This document shows positions 8,270 to 21,200 of a stretch of 29,844 bases of DNA, in pieces. Both the position numbers and the translations under genes were made by a program. The notes under the pieces were generated by a model, which made no database searches, was not told the origin of the DNA, and saw only the letters and a program-made list of their open reading frames with translations. Source of the DNA: Coniocarpon cinnabarinum (lineage: Eukaryota); the NCBI GenBank assembly GCA_051942205.1, contig JAVECO010000029.1, positions 124,001 to 153,844 of the forward strand, in the 5' to 3' direction. How positions within the stretch are numbered: position 1 is the stretch's first letter; every line of letters starts with the position of its first letter.

Positions 8270-9759
8270 ATGTCTCCAGACTCATACGTGGATCCGGCTC
8301 TTCCGCCGTCGGATTTGATCGTCTTGAGCCGGCTGTTACAAGACGTAGAGGAGAGAAGGGATGAAAAAGTCGCTTTGAAAGAAAAGCCGGTCAATGAACG
8401 CAAAGACAGCGGATATGAGAGCGGTGAGTCTCGTGAGCGCTCCAAGGAGCGCCAGTGCACATTGGTTTTGAGCGACGGACTCACGGTAGATCCAGGTGAA
8501 GACACGTGTTGTCACTCAAGACGACAGGCTCCTTCGACCGAACCCCAGGTTTTGAAACGTAGGGAATCCTGTCGCTTGCAAGTCAACTTCTCGCACTCAC
8601 TAATGGCAACACAGACGAGTCCGACGCAGCCGCACTCGACGAGTTGCAAGGTCTCACGACCCTGTCTGACCGCAGATTCCTTCCGACTGTGTTCCTGACA
8701 TGGGATCTGCCCCAACTTCAATGGCCGCCATGGCTCAAGCAGAACATCTTGATGCCCTATGTACGATGGGCTCAAGCGATCGTTCGGAACCCCACGGACG
8801 TGGTGATGGTGACGCATCTCCTCATGTATGCCTCGACGTCCATCCCCAGCGCAATGATCCTGTACCTTCGCTTCTCCTACACTCATGCGGTCCTCCACTG
8901 GCTGATGCAAAGCTGGTACGCGGGGTCTTATACCCTGATGATGCACCAGCACATCCACATGGGCGGCATCCTCAAAAGACAGTACGCCTGGCTGGATCGC
9001 CTCTTTCCCTACATCACGGACCCGCTCCACGGTCACACGTGGAACTCGTACTACTACCACCACGTCAAGCACCATCACGTCGAGGGCAACGGGCCATCCG
9101 ACCTCTCCTCCACAATCCGGTACCAACGCGACAGCGTCCCCGACTTCCTCTGCTACGTCCTCAGGTTCATGCTCCTCATCTGGCTGGAACTGCCCACCTA
9201 CTTCATTCGCAAACGACAGTATCGCAACGCGGCCAAAGCGGGGACGGGCGAACTCGGCTCCTATCTTTTCCTGACGTTCATGGCGACGCAGGTCAACTTC
9301 CGGGCTACCCTCTTCGTCTTTCTGCTGCCCTTTGCGCTCCTCCGTACGGGCCTCATGATCGGGAACTGGGGCCAACACGCCCTCGTCGATGAAATCGCCC
9401 CGGATTCCGATTTCCGCTCGAGTGTGACATTGATCGACGTGCCGTCGAATCGCTACTCCTTCAACGACGGGTACCACACGTCGCACCACCTGAACCCGCA
9501 CCGCCACTGGCGCGAGCATCCCGCGGCGTTTCTGCGGCAGAAAGAGCGCTACGCCGAAGAGCAGGCGCTCGTCTTTCGGAACATCGACTTTCTCATGTTG
9601 ACGTTTAGACTGCTGCGGAAGGATTATGATTACGTGGCGCGCTGTTTGGTGCCGATGGGGGCGCAGATTGACATGACTCGCGGTGAGATTGCGGCGATGT
9701 TGCGGAAGAAGACGAGGAGGATGGAGGAAGCTGAGATTCGGGAGAAGTTTAAGCAGTAG
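8270..9759 (+). CDS. Membrane fatty acid desaturase-family (di-iron, three His-box) protein without cytochrome b5 domain; exons 8270-8423 (or to 8558) and 8615-9759
   Basis: His boxes HQHIH, HHVKHHH and GYHTSHH, with hydrophobic segments between them and strong GC3 bias. A phase-1 intron ending CACTAAT...CAG(8614) joins ORF 8270 to the 8644 frame. The donor is GTGAGT 8424 (432 aa) or GTAGGG 8559 (477 aa). Substrate unknown. Confidence 0.85.
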
Positions 9760-10438
9760 TGGATGGAGCCAGGAGGCTTGACTGTATGTGCTAGTCGTGG
9801 ACAGAGATGGGGCTTGGGATTGGGAGCGCGTCATCAAGTGCACAGTCATGGACATAGATATCATTCGTTTGAAAAGCAACCCGAGCGGCAAGCTCCAGAG
9901 AACATGATAAGCGTGTGGTGATACTCCATGCTCGCTGTTCTTATCACTAACGATTTTGTACTGCGAGCTAAAATTACGTTCAACGCAACGCCTTGTAGAG
10001 CCTAGGAAAAGGCTTAGATTCAAGCGAGGTATCTCATGATGCGATGGGGTCGAAAAATGAGGTCATGAAAAGACTGTACTGCTCACACGAGATGTATCTG
10101 TGAAGACGAAAATGGGCACTTGTGAATACTCCAGAGAGGCTCTGGGCCGGCGCGCTCTCACCCAGGCAGGCCTTTAGGCGACGGATCCAAGGCACAAACG
10201 CGAATTTGCGTGGAGATTCGCGGCTATATCTGAATTCGAGCCTACGCGTGATTTGCAGCCAGCGTCAACAGCGAGGAAGCAGTGTGATAAACCAAAGCCA
10301 TCTTGTGAATGTCAGTCAACCTTTGATTTCAGCTCTAGATATCACATGAAGTACAGAGTCAACCTTCAAAATCAGCCTACATCGTCGACCACGTAAAATA
10401 CCTACATAGCCGACCCACTCCGTCCCAGAACACCACAT

Positions 10439-13400
10439 CTATACACCTACATTGTCCTTAGCCGAGCTCCCATCGTTTGAACTCGCCGAACCAAGCACCC
10501 CCTGCGCCTCCAAATGCTCAAACAAATCCTCCACATCCTTGACCGCCTTCCCCTCGTCCAAACCCCGTCCAGGTCTCGAAACCTTCATGCTCGCCCTCAC
10601 AAACTGTCCCGCAGTCCTCGGCACGTGTTCCACGCACCGCGCCCGATATCTCATCCGTCGCAGACCATGCAAGGACAAGCGCCCCATGAGCCGGGAATAA
10701 AACGTGAATTGGGGACTCCTCGTCGCCTGGGCCTTCGCGTTTTGCATGCGGACTTCCAGCTCATGGCCCGAGTGCATTTGACGCAGGAGCTGGACGCGGT
10801 GGGCGTAGTCGGCGAGCCAGGCGCGGAAGCGGATGCGCGCGAGGGCACTCCGCGAAGACGGTCGGCCGAGGCTGCCAGCCGGTAGCAATATCGAGCCTCG
10901 TCTACTGAGGAGCCGTTGACGTCGGGACTGGCGCAGAAGCTGGCAATGCGCCAGAGAGTGCTGGCGCACGAGGGAGAACGGCTTCTGAGTGCGCGCTTTG
11001 AAGTACGGTTGGAACGCTGGACCGACGCGGTAAGGCCGCGGCGTGACGGTGTAGACCTTTTGGATGGGAGCGGGGGGATCACTGCGGATGGGGCGGATCT
11101 TGGGAGGAGCGTCGGCGACGGCGAACTTGTGGATGATTTCCGCGTCACGGCGCGAGACTTCGTTCGCGAGGATGTCGTCGAGTTGGATACCTGCCAATCG
11201 GCGCTGGGCGCGTCGAGTGGGTCGTCGGCGTGTCGACTTTCGCTGAGGCTTGGACACAAGCTCCTTCCGCACCAATCCAAGGGAATTGGTAAGCTTTCGA
11301 AATAGCGGTTTTCGTGGTCGACGCGCGCGCGTCGTCAACTTCACAAATCTTGGGGAGGAAGCAAAGAGTTGCCGGGATCTTTCGTTTGGGGCATCTGAGT
11401 GAGTGCTGCTTCCGTCTGGATCTGGTACGACCTCGACCACGGCGGATCGAGTCTCGACGGCCCTTCTTCTGACCGCCTTGCGCATGTCCAATCGCAGTTT
11501 GGTCGTCAAGGACTGTTTGGACGTATGCTTGTGGATCGTAGGGCCTTCAGAACTGGCGCGCAGGCTTTTGAGTTCTCTAGTAGCCTGTTGGACTGTGGCC
11601 TCAATATCCAGCAGTTTTTGCTCCGCGAACAACCTGGATTTGAAGAGCGCTGCAGAAGCGTGCGAACTTCCTAGCTCTCTCAAGTCTACCGCTATGTATT
11701 TCATGGCTTTGGCAACCTCGAAGGACTTTCGCTTGATGTAGCCTCGCGCCCCGTCCGTGGTGATCATTGAAGACGGCGGAATCGAAGCCCGCTTTGGCAA
11801 CTTTCCGATCTTTCCTATTTGCGCGCCGATTCCTGCCACGACCTGTGCAATGCCCGTGCATCTATCTTGTAAGAGCGCAAACAATGCAGACCGATCGCCT
11901 TCATGAAGACTTCTGGAGGTCTTTCTAGTTGCCGTATCTGATTGACGCCGATCGTGTGTCACAAAGTGCTTGGTCGATATTCGCTTCACGCCTGAAGCAG
12001 CTGCGCGCTTCGTTCGAGCGGCCCGGTTGTTGTTCTTGTCTGGCTTGTCAATGAGCGGCCGTTTTGTTATTAGGAACCGGTTCAGCGGCCCCGGCTGCCG
12101 TACCGCGTCGATTTCCAGACACGCTTTCTCAATGTCAAGTTGATTATACATGAACTTACTCAGAGCCTTGCCAAGCAATTTGCGCCTGTATTCGAAGCCC
12201 GAGAATGATGGTACGCGCATTGAGCCTTTGATGAACATCATCTTACGCTTCGGGTCGCCTGGAGGCTGTGAAGAATGGGACACTAGTCGCACTGTCTGAC
12301 CATTCTCGTGAAAGCGTTGACTTCGCACGCCGAGCAGCTCAAAGATATCTTGAAACAAATCGCGTTCGCTCAGAGCATCAGCAGTGTCAATGATTGGATG
12401 CACCTCGACATGCGAAATTCCTGGTGGCGGCGGCTGTGCTCCTGGTTCCTCGTGCAACGCGCCTAAATTTTCTCGAGCACGAAGCTCCGTGGCCTTGCTA
12501 TGTGTTGAGGTCTCGCTGCCGACGTGTTGCTGAGCTCCAAACAGTGCGCTCGACCCACTCGTGTCTCTTTTATGTCCAACCAAAGACTCGCCTCGCTGGC
12601 GTGAGCGCTTCTTCAGCGACGAGTGCTGCTGTACCGGGATGTCATGCGCCTCATAGTGTCTCCCGTTCTCGTCTGTTCTTAGGGCTGAGTTTCTGGCGGT
12701 CAACGTCACTTCCTTGTACGCCTACGGCAATGTAACACGGCTATCACATACCTAGGGAAGCCTTTGAGTTGGTCGAGAACGAGCGCACTCCTGGTTGTGA
12801 ATCACGCATGTGCACACTTTGTGACAAAGTCCTCTTGGTGTCGTGGAGCATGATCGGGCGAAAAATCGGCGGACCTCTTTGCCCTGCAGTACCGTGTGCT
12901 TTTCCTCCAGAAACTATCTCAGCATTCGTTCGATCGCGTACTCTGCTATCGGCGCCTCCAGCATTGTGCTTTCGAAATACAGGCGTGTTGTGTTTTGTGA
13001 CCATCTTTCTTGTGATTCTCAATGACACTTGGCCTTCACGCAAAGCGTCTGCTGGGATCTCAGATTCCTTTGACGTCGAGAGGCTGAAACAAGTCCCAGG
13101 TGTATCAAGCTTTGTTTGCACATTCATCTTGGGCCGTGCAATACTCATGCCACCTTCCGAAAAGGCTCCAAAGTGGCCGGGGTATTGTTCAAATAAAGGC
13201 TCGTGACTGTTTTCTTGTGCTGCCCCGTCTACATCAGGAAAAATAGCGTCCATGGAACTTGGCAACACTCCAAATGTCATTGAAAACGGAGATGCAGGTC
13301 TCTCAGCGGCGTCGGACGAGGGGTCTATTGTTGACAGGGAATCGTTTTCTGTAGTAAAAGCAAAGAACACGATCTGATCTCCTTTTCTTGAAATACTGGG

Positions 13401-14975
13401 AAAGTTCACATCTGGGTTGAACTTCAGCTCTTCCATGAGAGCTGGCAGAGATTCGAAGGACCTGTCAGTGCCCACTTCAAAATGATCTTTGGGATCTAAC
13501 GACAGCAGACCTGCTTTTTGACCCCAACCTCCACCTCCTGACAATACTCGACGCAGCTTGGCTCCCCTCCATACCAGCTGCTCAATTAATCGCTGATCTT
13601 GAATGGGCTCAGGCTTTTTCCCAGCTTGCCATTGATCACAGAAATTCCTGCGCAGAGGCTTATCGATAGCTCCCTTGCGCAGGGGCATGGTCGGAATGAT
13701 GAGAGCCCATACTGTCAAGTTCTGTCCACTGACCTGATGCTCCTCGAGATGCTGCGATACAGCTTGCTCAAGCTCTTGAGACGCTGGTACGGCTGCGGAG
13801 TCCTCTGACGGGCTAATCGTGGTAATGACATTACCCACGCTGTTTATAATGCTTCGTAGCGGCGTCAGGCGTTGAACGGGCAGGCGAAAAGTGGCACCAT
13901 CTGCTGCCCAGGCACCATTCTTGCTTCTGACAGCCCCGTTCACCCTGTTCACCTTCCTGAGTGCGGGCCAAGGCATTTTGACAGATTTGATGGCACTACG
14001 ATCCTGAAAAACTGTATTCACTTTGATCTCTTGATCTTGGATGGACAATTGCGCGCGGAAAGCTGTTGTTGACTCCCCTGTTTGAAAGAGGGTATTTGCT
14101 ATTGGCAGGCTGAGTTGAGTGTGACCCAGCTTCTTGGACTGATGATCAGATAAGTCAAACGATAATATTGAGGAGTGCTCTGTGATGTTCTCAATGCCTT
14201 TCGAGATCGGTGGGGAGCCATACTCTTCGGTTTGCCTTGGAACTGGTTCGAACGCCTTATGAGTAGTTACACAGTAGGCAACACCCTCTTCGCCCCCTAC
14301 GCCCGTCTCGCAGTCGTTAGGAAACGCTTTAGGAGATTCTCCTCTCGAAGCTTCTCTTGTGCGATGCACCAATGTTGCGGTCAACGAATAGTCTGGTGTC
14401 GATACCTTGTCTACAATTACGACAAGGGCTTCAAGGCTGGAATTTTCTAACCTCTTCTGTCGAAGCAATTTCGACGTCGTCTCTGTAAGAAGCTCTTTGC
14501 AGGCTTCGGCAGAGCTTGCAAGCTGCACCAGTCCTCGGGACACCAGAATCACGATGTAAGTTTTTGCACCACGAATCGCACAGCCCTCTTGGAAGCTGGA
14601 GGCCACCACACCGGCAATGTCTTCACATGACTGTATTCCAGTGAGCTTTGTAGATGCGTTGGATGCGGGCTCGTCCCATAATGGCGCAGAAAGAGTAGAG
14701 TCACGCATAAGAGAGACTTATATACTTACGGTATTTGCTGGGCGTTTTGCGACCACAGTACCTTGTACAATCCCATCGCCATTGTGCAGCCTCTGGATCA
14801 GAGCGTCTCTTCCTCGAGGCGCAGGTCTTCTATGGTGCGCCTCCCCTTTTGCTTGCGTTGCATACCTGGAGACATTGGTACTCCTCCCGGTAGAATTCTT
14901 CAGTGCCCACAAAGTGTGAAAATACCGTCGACGTATTTCTAAAGCGTTGGCACATAATCTTCGCGCTCCCGACAT
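10439..14975 (-). CDS. Large uncharacterised fungal protein (~1456 aa if fully spliced); exons 14975-14730, 14630-12752, ~12684-10439
   Basis: Intron 14729-14631 (GTAAGT...GCTCAC...CAG) joins the 85-aa and 654-aa ORFs in frame. Donor GTATGT at 12751 can join the 756-aa ORF in frame via CAG at 12685 or 12673. The middle part has blocks I recall from conserved fungal hypothetical proteins (LPIANTLFQTG, GNVITTI, PASQELE, GAKLRRVLSGGGGWGQKAGLLSLDP, FGAFSEGG). The N-terminus is presequence-like. Whether the last ORF belongs to the same gene is less certain. Confidence 0.65.
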
Positions 14976-15680
14976 GAGCAGCTACGTGATGGGTGTGACT
15001 CGGAGGCAGACAAGCAACAGCTGTAAGGTCTAACAATGAGGTACTGCAATAATAGCAGAGGCACTTTAATAACCTGGGTATAAAAATATGACCTCAATTC
15101 TGGGATGATCCCAATATACAACGGAGACGATTTGGTAATCAGTATGCAGAATCAAGTGGCCATCAGGGCATAAGATGTGGAAAGCTGTGGAGCACATCTG
15201 AGTGCAATGCATTACAACGCGAGAGTCACGCCTCTCTGTCGCTATACGAATGAGCTTGCTTGACGGCAGCAGAGTTGATGGAGAACAGAGCATGGAGGAT
15301 AATGCCTCAATGATGCTGATTACACAGCGTTTGATACGCGTGATTGAAATCCGTGTCTGCACGTCGGGATGCCTGGTAGACAAGCTGGGGATATCAACAC
15401 CCCTGTCGTTGTTTGTCCCAACACAAATGGGCCTGCAAGGATAATCCTTCAAACAGTCACAGTTTCGTCCCAGCAAGTTCGTAGTAAATCTTCTTCCTTT
15501 CTCTTGACTGGAATACTTTGCTATTCTGGAGGTCGACTCCCATCTCTTGTGGTCTTATTCGCAGCCCTAACTTTGCTGTCCACTTCGCTGGAGTATGCCA
15601 CTCTGTGGCACGGGTTTCGCTTTGAATACCCTATCGCGATCGCCAATGAACCCTCCCTAGATGGCATCGGAGAGGTTGAG

Positions 15681-16776
15681 TCAATCCTCCCATATGGTCT
15701 CCATCTCGAAATCACCTCTGCAATTGACATAGTTAGTCTCAGTTTCCCAACGTATACTAGAAAATCAACGAAGCCGAATGCACTTACCTTCTCTCAGCAC
15801 CACACACGCTCCACCTTTTGCGCTTCTCCTTCAGCCGCTGAGGCGACCACATGCTCGTGTTAGAAGATGCACCGTCCGTAGGCACAACAAGTCCAATGTC
15901 CCGCAGCTTCCTTGCAGTCTCCACCTCCGCTTCTGCGGCATCCACCGCATCAGCTGCCGCCTTTAGCCTGGCAATGTGGTAGGTTTCGGCTGCCTCTTCT
16001 TCCGCATCTGGAGAGTCGGGTATCGTCTCCAACGACGAGATGCTGGGACTCCTGGAACGAAATGACGAAGGCGTGGACGGGATTGAAGATGTGGCAGACG
16101 ACGCAAATGGGTGCGGCTCGTTAAAGCGCGATGATGAGAACGAAGGCGAGGGTCCTCGCGCTGGGAGCTCCGACACCTGAGTTTGTTGATACAATGGCGA
16201 AGTGGGTCGACGCCGACCTCTTCCACTGTTGCTGCGGGAAAATGCAGCGCTGAAGGACGGCAACGGGGAGCCTTGAGCTTCACGGGTCGTGCGGGACAGA
16301 TCAAGTTCAGCGTCCTCTGCGATGCTCTCGATCTCTGTGAATCCGGCACTGGACATGATGGGACGCATGTCCTCGAAAGATCTTCTCGGGCTCGAACGGA
16401 TGCTCGGTGTCGGCCTCAGTGGACTGGACGGTCGAGCGGGCGAGTGAGAGGGCGGAGTGGACATGGGGCTCGATGTGCACACGGTCGGTAGAGATCGAGT
16501 CCGGGCCATGGGCGGTGCGAGGGAGGCATTGGCCGAATGTGAGCGCAGGTGGCCGCGTGCGTAGGGTGACCGAGGGCGAGCCTTGACTGGTGGCTTGGGA
16601 AGCTGAAGAGATGAAGCAGGCGAGGGGTCTGTGTTGCGTTGGTGCAGGTCAGGGCGCAGTCGCGGTGATATCGTAGGACTTGGTTGCAGGACGCGAGCGG
16701 ATCGGCTTGCATCGGTGTCCAGTCGAAGACGAGCAAACGCCGTCAGTGCCTCCTCTGGCGGGCACTTTGGCTCCAT
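15681..16776 (-). CDS. Ser/Pro-rich conserved fungal protein ('basic proline-rich protein' type), ~341 aa; exons 16776-15788 and 15717-15681
   Basis: ATG 16776 in GACAATGG context. Motifs RSRSPSISSLETIPDSPDAEEEA and RKRWSVCGAERR are present. Intron 15787-15718 (GTAAGT...ACTAAC...CAG) adds GDFEMETIWED*, matching the C-terminus I recall for this family. Confidence 0.8.
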
Positions 16777-18252
16777 TGTCACAGCAGAGAGTGACGGCGT
16801 GTGTGAGAGAAGAGATGGGATGATGGGAGGGAATGAGAAGAGGATAGCAATGGGGAAGCGGGCAATGGTAGCAAAATGGCGGTGTTGTGGTAGGATCGAC
16901 AGGCGTGTACGGAGTAGCAAACGGCACTGGGGGATCGGGTGACTGGGGAATGCTGCCGCGATGCTCGACGCTCGGACGGGAGAGTGGTGGGTGGAGAGGT
17001 GTGTGGTGTGGAGGGCTGGCAGGTGCACGCGCTGCGGTGCTGGCCAGTCGAGGTGGGAATGTTGACGCCGGCCAGCGACGGGCAAAGTCTGTTGTGAAGC
17101 AGGTCGTAGCAGAGAGGAAGGGCTTGCACCGTGACCGGAGGGAAGGCGGTCTGCTGACTTCTCACATGCTGCGACTCTTTTGAGCATGTGAGGGAGGTAC
17201 AACCTAAACGTGCCTCGAGTGCGCTCTGTGAGGCGTCAGCGACCCCAAGATGGCGAATGGTGGCACCGCGCGAAAGTGGTACCATTCCCCTCACGTGCCC
17301 TCAAACACGGCAAGGCGCGCTCCTTACTTGCCTAAGCGGGCAGTGCTTCTGTACCAGGCAGGGTCCGCAGGGTAAGGTTCCAAGTCCAGTTCGTTCCTCC
17401 ACTTGGTGAACCCGCCAGGACCCTGTCCCTCGCTTCCCTCGCTTCCCGCGCTGCGCTAATCTCAATCCAACCGCCATCATTGCACAGTCCTTGACGAGAT
17501 CCTGTGTTGGGTGCATCTACATACGCTTCAGACACGGTGTGCTCAGGGGTCACGAATCGAGGCGAGTGTCATGTGCTGCTTTGAAGCGCCAAATACACAC
17601 GCAGCCCATACAACCCAACTTCGACGCCCTTCAAAAACAATCACGCCCTCAACCACGAGTGGGGTCATCAAGACGGAGGATGCGCTTATGCAGATGGAGT
17701 GTGGGGACATGCATCCCTGGCCTCCTTTGCTCGGCCGCAGGCGCTCCAGATCTATACCGCTCTCCGGACACGAGGATCCTGGAGGCGCGCAGTAGGGTCC
17801 CCGGCAGCCATTCACAAAAGCATTCACAGAGAGCTGCACTTGCGCCCGTGCGCTTTCAACATTTTGGCTATGTTATCTTACAGAGCGGGCCCTCCCCTAT
17901 CGTCAAAGTGCGCTCAATGTCGTCTCAAGAACAGGTAAGCTCTATTCTCATCAGTCGTATGCGGGAGCTGCCATTCCGGCCTGGTCTCTCCGCGTCGTGT
18001 CTTCTTCGTAAAATATGGTACACCTTGCCTTGACGATACGCCTCCTGTCAAAGTGGTGCCAAACGATGGTCAATACAAATGATGAAATGAAAGTGTGCCT
18101 TGGGCACGATACACTAATGGTCCTCCATGGGGGCTCTCACTTGCCCAAGAGAAGCTGCTCGCAGCTCAAGCGTCTTGGTCTCGTGGGAAAAAGTTCGTTG
18201 CTTGTGAAAGTTGTTCAACTGGGGGCGTAGGACCTCGTAACGGGAATGGCCA

Positions 18253-21200
18253 CTATGACCACGATTCCTTTTCGGTGGACATGGTTCGACTGATCAAGCC
18301 GCTAGACGGCTCAGAACCTGTTGCCTTGCGCTTTTCGGACGATTGGCGACTGAAAAGACCCAGCGTACGGAAAAATCCACGGCTGGGTCGCGACTGGTCT
18401 TCAGATTGCCGCGGTGACTCGGGTGACTGGTCGCGACTTGGTCTGGTAGATATCGCAGCAACTTTCTCGTCCTCCTTTCTCACCTGAATCAGCAGCTTTG
18501 ACACGGTGTTGTCGCCATGCTTGTCGCGAAGATGCAGCATGCGGTAACCTTGTTGAAGCGAGCTCAATTTTGCCGTGTGAGCAGCGAGAAGATCTTTCGC
18601 CTCACTCTTCTGGCGGCCGTCACTCGCATTCCAGGCAGTGAAGCGGACAAAGACGAGGCCAGGATATTGGGTCTCAAGACCAACATCGATGTTGTCGCGA
18701 AATTCCGGATTCCAGCCGTTGCCTTCAATGAACCTGGTTCGTACTCTCTTGGGCTTCCCAATGCCGGACAGTCCCCTTTTAGCAGAGGCATCAGTGCCAC
18801 CTTCTGCGACTGCGAGACCCCGGGCCGGATTGTCTGCGCTGAAGATCTCTACCTCAATGTAAGGATTGATCGAACCCACGCCGGGTGCGGGATGCAGATG
18901 TCGAGCTGAGATGATCTTGACGGAGAATTTCATAAACTTGCGCACAGCCTCGCGACCTCCCTCGGCAGACATGTCACCGTCGTGCAAACGGATCTCTCTC
19001 GGTTTGAGAACGTAGCCGGTGCGATCATGTCCATGGGCAAACATTGCATCGTTGATTTCCGTTCCCAGATCGTAAGTCTGCCAGTTGGTCGCCACCATCT
19101 GCACGCCATGGCGCCAGAAGCTCAGAGGATCGGGGTTATCGGATCTGACGCGTAGGCCTTTAGGATAGACTCTCATCAGGTAGTCGCGATTGTGTGCTTC
19201 GAGCTGCATCTGTAGCTGTGGTGTGGCACATCTCCTCTTGAACGTGTTCTCGTTGAAAGAGTAGATGTGTGTGGGCTTCTTGCTGTCGGCGGATTTGAAA
19301 TCAGAGAACTTGATCCCTCGCGTGTACACACCAAGGTTGCCCAGCTCGAACACAATTTTGGTGGCTTTGGTGCCCTTTTGCTTGTTTGCGGTCTCGTCAT
19401 CGGAATCGGTATCGTCTGAACTGACCACTGCGCTCAAGACACCTGGTGACGCAGGCAAAGCTAGCTTCGGATCAAAAGTAGTGGATCTCTGGGGAGACTT
19501 GGCAAGCATTGGGTATTCTCGAATTTGTGAAGCGGGCAGAGGAGGTCTTCGTGGTGAGTTTGGGGATACATCAGCTTCACTTTTGCTTCGTGTACGGCGG
19601 TGGTTAATGTTGTTGATACCCTGGTACGTGTGCGTACTGGCGATAGACAGCTGCATGGGCTCCTTGACTTTGATAAGAATTCTTCCTTTGAGCTCCTCGG
19701 GCGATGGAAGTCCGTTGTGTACGGAGCTTATGGGTTCTAGGACGAGCCGACGCCCGAAATGCCTCTTCATGATTGCTGCCATTTTTTCTTGTTGCAAGGT
19801 GCTACAATGAACCTCGAGTGATATGATCAGAGGATATTGAGACACGCGAAAGGCCCAGAGCTTGATAGCTTTGATAATGCTAAGAAAACTGATTTGACTT
19901 GTGAAGCTTCGGCCATGCGTGACGATAGGCTCACCGTCAGCACCGTCCCAGCAATCGATCTCCACACAGCGACACCCCTGTTTGAGGCAATCAACATAGG
20001 GCTCAGTACTGGAGAGACCCCCAATTTGACGACCGGTCAGGTACGTGTTGTGTGAGCTAGAGATGATGTATTCATTGAGTGGCCGATCGTGGAGAGGAGG
20101 GGAATGTGAGCTTGGCATGGGGGCATTGTCGTCGAGGAAGAATCTTTTGAAATCATCATAGGTCATGAAGCCCTGTGTGAATGACTCGCCGCCTCCGGCT
20201 ACTTGGATACCCAGTCCATGTCGGGATTGAGCATAGCTGTTGAAGAGCGCTTCGCAGTGATCACATTGGTCTGTTCCCAGGCCTTGTGACTGGCTCAAAA
20301 ACCGCACGAAGCTATCATAGGTCATGACCGATGAATGAGGTTGCTTGTAGTCCTCAAAGATTGAACGAACATCTGGCCATTCGAAGACGCTCCGGAAGAA
20401 ACGCATGAACTCGGATCGATTCAAACGATTTCGGCTTTTTACATCGGCCGCACTAAAGTACGCATCGAATTCTTGCTCCGGCATATATATCAAGCAGTTG
20501 TGACAACATCGTCGCATGTCCTCGCGATCCAGGGTTGGTTCTTCACGGCTTGCGTAAACGTCCGAACATTTCTGCGTGGTGGTGTCGTTCCAGAGGCGCG
20601 AGAGAGAGCGTTGATTGTCGACATTGCCGGATATTCCGGCCATCAAGTTGCGACGATCTTGGATCAGCACATCCAAGCAACCGCTTAGCTCATCGCGAAC
20701 ACCAATCTCTGCAGCGAGAAGATGGATGGCATGAGTCGAGCGACCCTTGCCACGGGTTCCAGGGTCGTAGTAAACGATGGTCAACCACCGATCAAGCCCT
20801 TCTTGCTCGGAGCCAAGCTCGTCGACATGCGAATGCGCAAGACGGCCTGTTCGTACTTCCGTCACGTCGTCAATGAAGATTTCCTTGCAAGAGCTCTGAC
20901 CATCGAAGCGCCACAGGATCTTATTCCTGCTCTGATCCAGCCAGAGACAGATTGGCTGCTTACGCTTCTTGGTAATCTTGGTGAATCTAATTTCCTGCAA
21001 CAATGCGGGTGGGATAATCGGCTTGCCTTCCAGGTCCTTCAAGATTGGTGCAACGCGTGGTGGACTACTATGAAGGGACGGTAATCGTGGTCGTGAAACT
21101 TGGTGCTGGTTGGAGATGGACTCCTCGTCTCCATCGTCAAGCTCGTACTCCGATATATCATGCGCACTGTCGTGTAAGGTTCGAGATCCACTCCTGGTCC

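Noticed and set aside
8512..10023. 503-aa minus-strand ORF overlapping the desaturase
   Set aside because: Antisense shadow of a high-GC3 coding region with no recognisable motifs. The plus strand carries the His-box enzyme.
16777..17202. N-terminal 142 aa of the 472-aa ORF 15784-17202
   Set aside because: Starts at a non-ATG codon and runs through CT-rich leader-like sequence. ATG 16776 has the better context. The ORF-track stop at 15784 lies inside an intron donor.
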